A program made the position numbers and the translations under genes. DNA of 64,000 nucleotides. It comes from Hormiphora californensis (taxonomy: Eukaryota > Animalia > Ctenophora). Shown here piece by piece: positions 28,401 through 40,400 of the stretch. Each line of letters opens with the position of its first letter. Within the stretch, counting starts at the first letter, position 1. A model generated the notes under the pieces. That model did not search any database. It worked only from the letters and a program-made list of their open reading frames with translations, and had not been told where the DNA came from. Location: positions 8,494,001 through 8,558,000 of the forward strand of contig CM035353.1 of assembly GCA_020137815.1 (NCBI GenBank). Direction: 5' to 3'.

Positions 28401-31400
28401 GATTCTTCGTAAGGTGCGGGAGGTGCTCCTTGATGGTCCGGATCCGGGGATTAAAATGTAGGCCAATATGAGTCTTGCCTGTGGAAGGGAGTAGTCATTA
28501 CAGTGTTTTGGGAGAGGGGGCAGTTATTACAGGTCCTGATCCCGAATTGTATTGAGGTGAAGCGGGTCCCCTCTCAGTGGGGCAGTAAGAGCATTAGGAC
28601 CTGATTATCACAATACGACACCTACCCTCTAGTTTGCTGACCAGTTTCAGGATGGTCTTGTAGTTCACCTCCAGTGCTACCATGAACCCAACTATATTCT
28701 TAATACACCCATACAGAAGTTCATCCTCGTCTTGCTCTATTCGCTCCCTACCACGCTTCGAGTGTTTTGCATACCTGTAGGAGATTAAATAAGGAATTAA
28801 ACCTGTAATACATGACTGTTGATTGTTGAAATGTGCCAGGAAACTTTCTACAAATATTCAAACAGTACAATGAGCACCTCGATGAACCACTCATTCAGCT
28901 GCAGAATGTCAGTTACAATTGTTACCTGTCCTGCATCTCCTGGGGGCACCTGTTCATACCAAGTGCCTCCCTCTCTACATGGACAGCATCGTAAAACACA
29001 CCCTCCCACATCTCATCTCGGTCCCAGATGGGTGACCGGTTCTTGCCCAGTAACTCCTCGTACATGTAGCGCCGTGCAATGTCCGTGTCGGGTGGTTGGT
29101 GAAGTAGTGAGGAAGCGAGGGATATGATACTGGTGCTCTGGTCGGGTGAGGTCCCTGACTCAGGGGTACCTGCAGGGAGAGGGAGATTGGGAGAGGGGAT
29201 TACAGAGGGAGATTGAAAGAGAGCTAGGGAGAGGGAGATGTATAACCCTCAGTGTCCCTAGATTCACTAAGTATCATCCTTGCCAATCACCCTAGCACAC
29301 CACCAACTACATTTGTAAGCACCCCTAACACAACTCAGTCGATGATACCTGGAGGGTTTGGACTACGTTGAAGTATGGTTTGTTGGCCACCACCACCAGG
29401 CTCACTTATATCACTCTCCGAGGGGGGACGGGCCGATTTCACTAGTGTCACTTGTGGTACTGTCTTGGAATCTGTGTAGCAGGAGATGTATCATTAAACT
29501 CACAATATCACACACTGCTCAAAATCAAAACTCATCCAATTCAGAAGGAAATCAATCTAAATCGTTGTTAAATCGTTACCTGTAGTGGTGGTGGTGGGGG
29601 CAGGGACAGCTGGTGGGGGTGGGGTAGTTCCATTTAGTAACTCCCTTATCTCACCGATAACTGGGGACTCTAGGAGGGGCGAGGAGGGGGGTTTACTAGG
29701 GGGTTGTCCCGGAACCCCACAAAACACTATTCCCAAAAGAAACAAAGAGTGTCCCGTTACACAACACACACGAAACACAACACACACTAGTGACACAATA
29801 AAGCCCCCTATTATACACGTGGTATATAACACACACATTGTAGTGTACTTGCAGGCTGTCTTGTAAAGCGGAGTATGGAGGCGGCAAGGCCACCCGGTAC
29901 ATAGCTCCTATAATACCCTAGTGTGGTACTGTGGTATGTAACTAAATACATAGCTCCAATACCCTCCACGGAGAGAGAGAGAGAACAAGGCAAAGTGGGT
30001 ATAAAACTGTTATTGGAGCTCGTTCAGTCTATCTCACACGTCAGGTATAATACTGTCGGGCAACTCCATACAATACCTGATGTAGCACTAGCGGTACTGG
30101 TAGTACTGGCTCGTTTTGATTTGCTATCCCCTCGTGACGGGGCCGTCTTCTCAACTGTGTGGGATGATAATGTAGTCAGGTCATAACATTAGTGATGTTT
30201 AATAGTCAGGATCTGGCACATCTGATGTTATAGGGGGTTGATAGCAGAACTACATGCCTTACCGTAAGCCCCAACATGTCGAGTGTAAGCAACTTGTAGC
30301 AAGGTAAACAGACTGCCTATACTAGTGTTGTTCACCCCTTCCCCACTCTCCACCCCTCGTGTGCAATGACGGAGCAAGGTACTGAGCCCCTTGTAGACCT
30401 CAGGCGACACTTGCTGAAACATGGGTAACAAGTTATAAAAAGAGATGTCGAGATGTACTGCAGGAGATTAGAAAGAGAGAGGTACCCAAGCATATCTTCT
30501 AGCCAGATATTGTATAAAATGAGGTATATTATCTTCTAGCCAGATATTGTATAAAATCCTTATTATAATTTGCAAATGAACGTCGAAGTGGTGGCCGTTC
30601 GTTCAGCGGTATCTAAGCGACAGTGCTCCTTCATAAAACACTTCATATGACGAAAGCTGTAAAGCTGTTATTCACACTTTCTGAAGTTCCAGTGGAAGTT
30701 TCTTAATATTTCGAATGACTTTTAACAGGCCATTCCCCATAGTTACCAATTCAGTTGCCATGGCAACCGTTGAAAGGGGCAAAAAGAACCACCCGGCGAA
30801 GCCGGGTGGGTTATCAAAAAGCCCTTACTTGAGGCGCACCCAATGGGTGCGCTAGTCTCTATTATAATTTGGAGATGAACGACGTCGAAGTGATGGTCGT
30901 TCGTTCAGTGCGTTTCTACGCGACAGTGCTCCTTCATAAAACACTTTATGTGACCAAAGCTGTAAAGCTGTTACTCACACTTTTGGAACTTCCAGTGGAA
31001 GTTTGTTAATATTTTCGAATGACTTTTAACATGCCAGTCCCCATAGTTACCACTTCAGTTGCCATGGCAACGGTTTTATTGACGTTGAAAGGGGCGAAAA
31101 GAACCACCCGGCGAAGCCGGGTGGGCTATCAAAAAGCCCTTACTTGAGGCGCACCCAATGGGTGCGCTAGTGAGGTATATAATCGAGATTAGCTGGACCG
31201 GTACCTCATGAACTATGAAGTCCTGGGTATGAGTCTTCTTGCTGGTTGTACCACTAAGAGCTCTGTTAGCGACTAGGGTCCTGTAAAAGACATTATCTTG
31301 TTAATACTAGTATTATTGTGTAGGGATTTATCCGAGCCAATTGTTTCTCTAGCGAGCTAGATCATCAATTTCATTGAAGTACCTGAGTGACTCATCTTGT

Positions 31401-34400
31401 AACAGTGTAGCAAGTTTCTTGTTTTGATACCAGGGAATTCCTAACCCATCTAGTACATTGTTTATCATTTTACTGCGGTGAGATATTAATCAGATATAAA
31501 GCTACTATAGCTAAGGCCTAAGCTAACCATCAAAATAAAATCAGTTCTTTCCCAGCTTGTATAAATTGCGCTTGAACTGTCCCGTAAGAACTAAGAGTGT
31601 TATAGCTATGTGAGATATCTCTCTCTGACTAACCTGACGAAAGCAATATCCTCACTGGACGATGTTTTGAGGGGTCCATCTCCATTAGTTCTCCCAGTAC
31701 CTCCCCCATTATTACTCCCTCCTCCCCCGCTGGTGGAGCCCCGGGGCTCAGTAGGGGCGAGAAGGGACCGCCGCTGCACCACCGGGCTCGAGGTGTTACT
31801 TGTCGTGGGTGAGGGGTAGCCTGGTGAGATATAACACGTTACAATCATTTACAGTTATTACAATATGTACCACTACTATTTAGTGTTTACTGTCACAATT
31901 GATTCTCTCTGTCCCACATAGTCTAGTGCCGCACCCATGATCACTAAGTGCTTTTAATTGGTATATAGTTACCTGATGAATGAGATGAGCGAGGTTTTGA
32001 TATCCTCGTATTGTCAGTATCGTCCCCCAGGTCAATTCGGTAGGATGGGGTATCTTCTGGTAGTCCTAATCCACCTCTATCAGGGGGAGATCTTGTGTGA
32101 GGAGAGAGAGAGGGGTTGTGTGAGGTAGACAGCCACCAAAGTATATATTATAGGCTGTTAATGATATAATGCGATGCTATTGTAGTGTTAGGTGTATTAC
32201 TATTAGGGGACGTGGTATATTGGAATGTTAAGCATCAGCTGCTGCACTATACACGCGGGATAATCATACTATTATTAAAGCAAATAGGGAAATCCCATGT
32301 CCCGTTTTTTTAACCAAATATGGCACAAAATTCCTGGAAATGGCCTTTTGCACGTGTTGTCCCTAGAGGGACCCTGGCAACCTGCCAGCTTGAGCCTTAA
32401 ACTGCACGTGCATCCTTGATTCATCTCTCTGCCGGTTGTGTGATTGATCGTTTGCTCGATTTGATCTGTTCACCACGTTTCGTGAACATGACTACTCAAC
32501 TTCAACACAATCGCCAGCGAGTTTGGAGGAGCCATATGTCCCAAACTGGCGCTGACGCCTATAGACTACGTGATAGAATCCTACAAAAGAGGTGATTATT
32601 ATTCAAAAAAAGTTGTCAACACACGTAATAACAAAGTATCAATGGCACTAATAAGAAATGACAGTAATACGTGAAAGTATTTCCGGGAAAAGATTTTGCC
32701 AATGTACTCCTTCATAAAATACTTCAGGACCTGGCAAAAGAGGACCCGTGGTTTTTCTGTCGAAAGAATCCCTGTGGTTAATTTACCTGATAAATTTACT
32801 GATTTTAAAAATTTCAAATGATTCTACACTATTTGCTCAGTTTACTGTATGACCATCCCTGACATTCGCCCGTAGGGCGAGCGGGCTTACTAGTAATAAT
32901 AATAATAATAATAAAGGGTTTTTAGTATACTGCTCAGTCCAGACAGGGCTGGATCATTGACATGAGTCCAACACTGCCCAGATTCAGAGCGGTACACCAA
33001 GATAATAAAACCAAAATCATAATAGAGGTAGCGTATTATGGGGCATTATAGGGTAATATTGGTAGCGATATGTATAATAGCATGCTAAAACTGTGTTTCC
33101 ATGTTTTTCACGCACACACACGATTTAGAGTTTAGCTGCTGGAGATCAACTCTGCATCAAATTCAAGATCTGATGATAGCTTGTATGCGAGAGAGAGAGA
33201 GAGAGAAGGCCAGATTTAATATATAACGTGGTATACACTGCTTCACAACACATTAGTATAATTCGTACTGCAACTGAAAAGTTGATTCATCCGAATCAGA
33301 TGATGAAAAGTCGTCCTCCATCCTTTGTTCCACCTTTACCACGTGTTGCTTGGTAGGTTGGACACCACCACCCTCTTGTTCTGTGATGGCAAGACTCCCC
33401 TTCCTGGCCGCTTCTTCTAGCTTTATTGCTCTGGTATGGTGTGATCACGTGTGTATATTGTACGAGGGGTGCACCCAGAAACACGTTCTTCCCATTATAA
33501 ATCCCACCATCATGGATGCTAATTATAGTCAGACCCCGATTTAATTTATACTGGGAGGGTAAACTTCCCCCGAAATATTTTGGCGGTTGATGGAAGCTAG
33601 GGATGGTAACCTTTGCGCTTGCCAGCGCAGTGATTATTCTAAAATGCAAAGAGTTTTTATGTAAAGATGATAGAGATATGCTAAAATATCGTTGGGTGTA
33701 TATAGCTATCGCGAAGAATATCACATGTTACCTACTAAATGCAATATAACTGTATATAACAGTTCGGTCTCAAGCCTCACTGATCATTTCAATGTTTTAT
33801 ACCCCTTATAGCGAGTTATAAATGAAGATATAAATATATTTCTAGCGGTTGAGTGCTATATAAGAGATGCCCATGCCGAAGAGACGCCCATGCCGAAGTA
33901 TAAAAACCATACATATTTTTATCAAAAAACATGTTTCGTGATCCCTCTTGGTCATATTAAGTGGTTGACTTCCACCCTGACCACATTATTCATGGTTTCC
34001 ACGATGGTGCTTTGGTGGTCTATCATGGCCCTCTGTGTTACAGCAAACGGGGAATATCCTATACAGGCTCCTCCTGATGGGGCATTTTCTAGGCAGGCTC
34101 CTCCAGATGGGGCATTTCCCAGGCAGGCTCCTCCAGATGGGACATTTCCCAGGCAGGCTCCTCCTGATGGGGAATATCTTAGGCAGGCTCCTCCTGATGG
34201 GGAATATCTTAGGCAGGCTCCTCCAGATGGGACATTTCCTAGACAGGCTCCTCCAAATGGGGCCTGGTCAACACCACCAACAACAAGTATAGGAGACTGG
34301 TCAACACCACCAACAACAAGTATAGGAGACTGGTCAACACCACCAACAACAAGTATAGGAGACTGGACAACAGATCCAACAACAAGTGTAGGAGACTGGT

Positions 34401-37400
34401 CAACACCACCAACAACAAGTATAGGAGACTGGACAACAAATCCAACAGGAGCCCGCGTCCGCGACTGCCAAATTATAACCTACAACGGATTCCTCAAAGA
34501 AAAGTGTACAGATGAACGTTTTTACAATGACGCCTTTCGGTGTGCATCCTCCAGGAAGGTGGTTTACAAAATAAATGACCGGCCATTAACACTGGGGTTG
34601 TTTGTGCCATATATGCGGTATACTATGCAAATTCAATATCGGTGCCAGAGTGATGATGGGTTCTACCAAATGTGTGGTTTGGTCCAAGATTTTGGAGTAT
34701 CTGTCTATACGGTGGGGTCAGATGGGAGTATTGCACTGTGCGGTTACCAGCTTTGTGAAGAGACACCCGACCGATGGCTCATTTGCCCCCCACCCACTAC
34801 AGATGAAGGAACTTGTGATAACTCCTGTGACGATAAGACTGACTGCCAAGACGAATCATACTGCAACGGTGTTCAGTATGGGATCTATTGCACCCGCAAA
34901 AGGGAGCATAAAGTGCGCTACTTGGATCCTTCAAAGGTACGTTGTTTTTTATTTCACAAACAATATACGGGGGGGGGGGGGGGTACATTTGGTACAAATG
35001 TCACCAAATGTCACCATATCAGACACACCCCCACTCTACTAAAATAATGCGTAATATGAATAATTATTGTTTCAGATGTGCGCCCTTGTACCATATTGTA
35101 GGGATAAAAGTGATATAACGAACTGCTTTGTCGATAAGGGGACACCGGGTTCTTGCAAGCGCACCTATTCAGTGTTAGTAATAGGGATTATAACTTGCCT
35201 CAACCAATAAAACCCCATTAGATGGCATCAAAAGCCTTTTATTGGTTAATTTTCCACCTAACCGTCATAATGTTAATAAGCTAACATAACCTATAAAACT
35301 CCCATCAGCAATCCGGAAATTTTCATAATCCCTCGCCCGGAAATGCGATGTAGCACTCCGAATAACGGCTACTTTAATCAGCGTACATCCGACATTTCCG
35401 AAATTTTCATTGAGCCTCAAAAAACATTGTGCAGTGAGCCCCTTGGCATGGAACATACGAACTGTAGTGATCCTGATAGGATCTCAATTCTAGGGTAAGT
35501 AGTGGTGAAGCAGTTATAGTCCCTGGAAAATGACTAAGTCGGTTCAAGGTGCCCACCGTGCATTTTTTTGCAAATTTGATCCGCCTATTAATGTGTCCCA
35601 ACATCTAAAACCAACCCATTCGCACACACTGGAAGCATTGAATCACTTGTAACTCGCGTTTCCTGCTTGCTATGCTCCTGAAACTACCGGTAACGTGCTT
35701 AAGGGATCGCCTTATCCATTTTCCGTGGACTATAGTACAGCTTGGCGCTATCCTGATGCTCAAGTTAAAGTAGTGATTTTATCGTGGCCACATTCTTGTA
35801 ATTATAATTCGCCTTTATTTGTAGGTGCACGATGAACAACTACCCAATAACCGTGTCTATATTTGGGTACTGTCATGATTATCCACTCTGCGATGACAAC
35901 TACAACAACATATGCCTCTCGGTAGATACAGACTGTTCAATTCACAAAGGGCAGCTGTGCGATGGCCGCAAAGATTGTAGCTCCGAGGTTGACGAAGAAC
36001 AGTGTGTAGGGATCACAGTTCAGTTCGTTTGTGAGAGAAGGTTCCATACGGTGTACAAGGAGAGGCAGCCTCTCGCCCTCCCAATGTCTTGGGTGATGGA
36101 CGGGGCCGTAGATTGTCTGGATGGTAGGGATGAGAATGAGACTATTTGGCTGTCTTGTGGTCACGATGGAGAGTACAGGACATATTTAGAGCCCCTGAGT
36201 GGAAATACCTGCCAGGACGTCCTGATTTGTCCTGGTGATGGTGAGACCTTTATTCCGATGAATGAGCTATGTGACAGGATAAATACCTGCTCTTTCGAGA
36301 ACCAGTTGTGTGATGCAGCCATAGGCAGGGAGGTATTGGCTGTAGAGGCAGCTGTCAGCCGAGGTGAAATATGGACGGAACACTGTTTTCCAAATCCTGT
36401 GTACGACTTGGAATTGCAGTTGGGTAAGTGTCACCGTGTTGAGCACATGGATGGTGGTATGGTCAAAAGCGTTTTTGATGTCCATAAGCCGGTCATGGTC
36501 ACTCTTCCTACGCTAAAAACCAAAGAATGCTCCTATTTATTTGGAGAGCAATACGTCTACTCATCGTGCAACCACCGCTGTGCGAATGCCAAGTGTCCAC
36601 TGCGACCAGCCACTCGTGACACCTGCACCAACTATGGGATACAGCGAGTCCTATCTTTAGCTGACACTTTTCCACCCGATCTGTTGCCCTTGTTGAAAGT
36701 CCCTGGTGCACTGGGCCAGTATGAGAACCGGTACTTCCCGTGTGCGAACAAGAGGTGCGTCTTGTACAGGGATGTGTGCAACTTGAGAGACGACTGCAAG
36801 GATGGATCTGACGAGGAAAACTGTATCAACCACTTTAAGTGCACAAGAAGTGGCGTAAAACTTCCCAAAACCTCCGTGTGTAATGGAAAAATTGAGTGCA
36901 GTGACTTATCGGATGAATGCCAAGATCAATGCCCTAGCACAAACAAAAATATCTTAGCCAGCGGCTATGTCAGATGCTCCTGTTACATATTTGGAGCTCT
37001 GGCCACCCTGCTTAACATGGTAACTGTTTCTCGATCGATGTGGGGCTGCTGCAAACAAAAGAAATTGGAAACTTTAATGAATCAGGTCACCATACTTCTA
37101 GTTAGTATGGGAGATATTCTTATTGGCTTCTATCTCATCGGGATATCGGTTGAGGATCATACTCAACGAATGTCAGGGGACTACTGTGCGAAGAGATTTC
37201 AGTGGCTAACCTCTAAAGATTGCATTGTACTCGGTATTATCAGTACCATTGGCTCGCAACTATCACTTTTTGCGATGACTCTTCTGAGTTTAGTCCGCCT
37301 CAGAAATTCTTCAAGATGGATTAAAACAGGGTTGCGATCTGTCAAATCGATTTTAAAGATCGTTCTGTTGATTCTTACACCCATTCTGGTTAGCATTGCT

Positions 37401-40400
37401 GTGGCGACGGCCCCGATCTTGCCTATTTTCGACGATTATTTTAACAACGGACTTTACTATGAAAAATCACCACTATTTTTGGGACCGATTGACAAGGCAA
37501 GACATGTAGCGACATTCAACGCAAGGAGCCCGGGACACCCAGTTAAGATGACTTGGAGACAAATTCGTGAGGCAACAAAAAATATGTTTACTGCTGATCA
37601 CGGAGGTAAGTTGGAACTAGAGTTAGATTTATAACAATTTTGAGACCAAATCCAGTTGTAAGCTGATGTTGTTTAACAGTTATCAACATTTCCAGGTGTT
37701 CCAAGTGCAGTGCTGAGCTTCTATGGTAATGATGGGGTGTGTATCTTCAAGTACCTTGTCACGAGAGATGATCCCCAATGGGCCTTCTCAATGGCCATCA
37801 ATATAACCAACTTTCTATGCTTTGTGTTCATTGCTGCAAGTTATATTGGCTTGGCGATCGAGAGCAAGAGGTCTGCTAGAAACGTGGGACAAAACAACAA
37901 AGTAATCAGGAGGAATCAACAAACTTTACGAAAGAAAGTCACGGCTATCATAGTAACTGATTTCTTCTGCTGGATCCCTCTCTGTATGGTTTCATTTCTA
38001 CACTGGGGTGAGGTGATTGATGCCTCCCCTTGGTATTCATACTTCGCTACCTTCATTCTCCCCATCAATTCAGTCATCAACCCTCTGCTGTACGATCGGT
38101 TTATCTTTAAATGTGCCATCAGCAAACCTATCCAGGGATTGCAGAATTTGAAGATGAAAATCTCGAATCGTTTCAGGACTCAGGTACACCCTCTAAGGCA
38201 GGAGATGGTTATGGTCAACATGCAACAGGAGCCGCAGATGGGAGTGCAGCAGACAACCGAGATGGGAGTACAGCAGACAACCGAGATGGGAGTGCAGCAG
38301 ACAACCGAGATGGGAGTGCAGCAGACAACCGAGATGGGAGTACAGCAGACAACCGAGATGGGAGTGCAGCAGACAACCGAGATGGGAGTACAGCAGACAA
38401 CCGAGATGGGAGTGCAGCAGACAACCGAGATGGGAGTGCAGCAGACAACCGAGATGGGAGTACAGCAGACAACCGAGATGGGAGTGCAGCAGACAACCGA
38501 GATAGGAGTGCAGCAGACAACCAAGATGGGAGTGCAGCAGACAACCGAGGTGGGAGTGCAGCAGACAAACGAGATGGGAGTGCAGCAGACAACCGAGATG
38601 GGAGTGCAGCAGACAACCGAGATGGGAGAACAGCAGACAACCGAGATGGGAGTGCAGCAGACAACCGAGATGGGAGTGCAGCAGACAACCGAGATGGGAG
38701 TGCAGCAGACAACCGAGATGGGAGAACAGCAGACAACCAAGATAGGCCAAGTGGGAATCTGAAGTAGAAGGTTTACAGATCAAGATGGAAGGACCAGAGG
38801 TATGATACCAGAACTAACAGCAGTCTTCAAATGAGAGGGCAATTGACGAGATATAGAGGAAGAATAGATAGGACAATGGAGAGCTAATGTGAGAATGGGC
38901 CATGACAGAATATGCCTTGTTTTTCGCTCATTACATTATGCTCATAGCAAGAGACTGAATTATAGAAAAATATTTTCCCTGTGCCATGGCTGTTTAACTT
39001 TTAAACTAAAATATGATTTGAGTGTGGATTATATGAGAAGTATGTGCCAAATTTATTTGGCTATTTAAATTTATTGCTTGTTTGTATTTTATGCTCGTTT
39101 TCTATCACTAACAAATTAAAAATCGCCTATCTTATTTGAATTATATATAAGAAATCTAGTTGAAGAATATTGGGGTGTTCGTTACACCCTAATGGCCGAT
39201 AATTGATCACACTGCAAAGAGGGTTTAGAAACGGGCATGACGGGCTCCCTTGCACCTATAGGAGAAGTCATGACCTAACTGGTTGGACGCCATGCCAAAA
39301 TGCTTGCTAACTGGTCAGTAACCCACTAGGTACCCACCCCTAACTGGCCATATGGCGTCCAACCATTTAGGTCATGACCCCCACTCTCCCTATCTTCCTC
39401 TTCCACTTCCCATCTCCCTGCCGATCTCCCTCTCCCACTTCCCAGTACCTGTACGGGTTGAGATCTCCCTCTCCCACTTCCCAGATCTCATACCTGTACG
39501 GGTTGAGATCTCCCTCTCCCACTTCCCAGATCTCATACCTGTACGGGTTGAGGTCGTCCACTATGGGGTTTACAGGGGTTATCTGGAATGAGGTCTCCGC
39601 TGAGTCAATAGCAATATCACTAATATTAGTCCCCCTACCGTCCTGAGAGGTTGGACCCGTGCTTACAGCTAACTTAGCTATCTCTGCTAGAGTTTTACCT
39701 AGGGAAGAAAAGGGTGGAGATTAGGATTAGGGATTGCTGAAAACGAGATAAAAAAGTTAAGCGGATCCATGATCCGGGGAGGGTACCATACCCCCCATCT
39801 ACCGGGCAGGGGGTTGGTGACAACCATGTACCGGGGAGGTGGTCACCATGGCAACCATGTACCGGGGAGGTGGTCACCATGGCAACCATGTACCGGGGAG
39901 GTGGTCACCATCGTAACCATGGTAACCATGGGTACCTTGCATCATGTTGGAAGACTTTTCATCTGTAGTGGAGGGGGCAGTGGTGGATGAGAGGTCAACA
40001 GTAGAATCCCCAGCAGTGAGGGAGCTCACAGTAGAGGAGGGTCGTGGTTTAGTACCAGTGTGAGGTAGCATCTCTATACCGAGGGTGTTCCCAGCTGGAC
40101 ATATGTTGTGCTCAACAAACTCTACCTACAACACAGCTGGTGTTAATTTGACCATTTGTTATATTTGAAATATTAATATCCAGTAGTTGCCCGCGAGCTC
40201 TGCATACAAATGTAAAGGAGGGTTAGAACAAATCCAGTAGTACCTGATCACTATACCAGATAAGTTTATCTCCAATAAGAGAGGGATCAGTCACTCCATT
40301 TAGAATGCGTTGTACCACCGTGTTACGTGGTACCACTTCAGCCTCCCCGAACGCCTATAAAAATGTCGGAAATTTGATATTATTGGAATTCAGAATAATG

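Noticed and set aside
38111-38783. Overlapping and antisense ORFs on the GPCR tail
   Set aside because: By-products of the 24-bp repeat; only the frame continuous with TM7 is supported.
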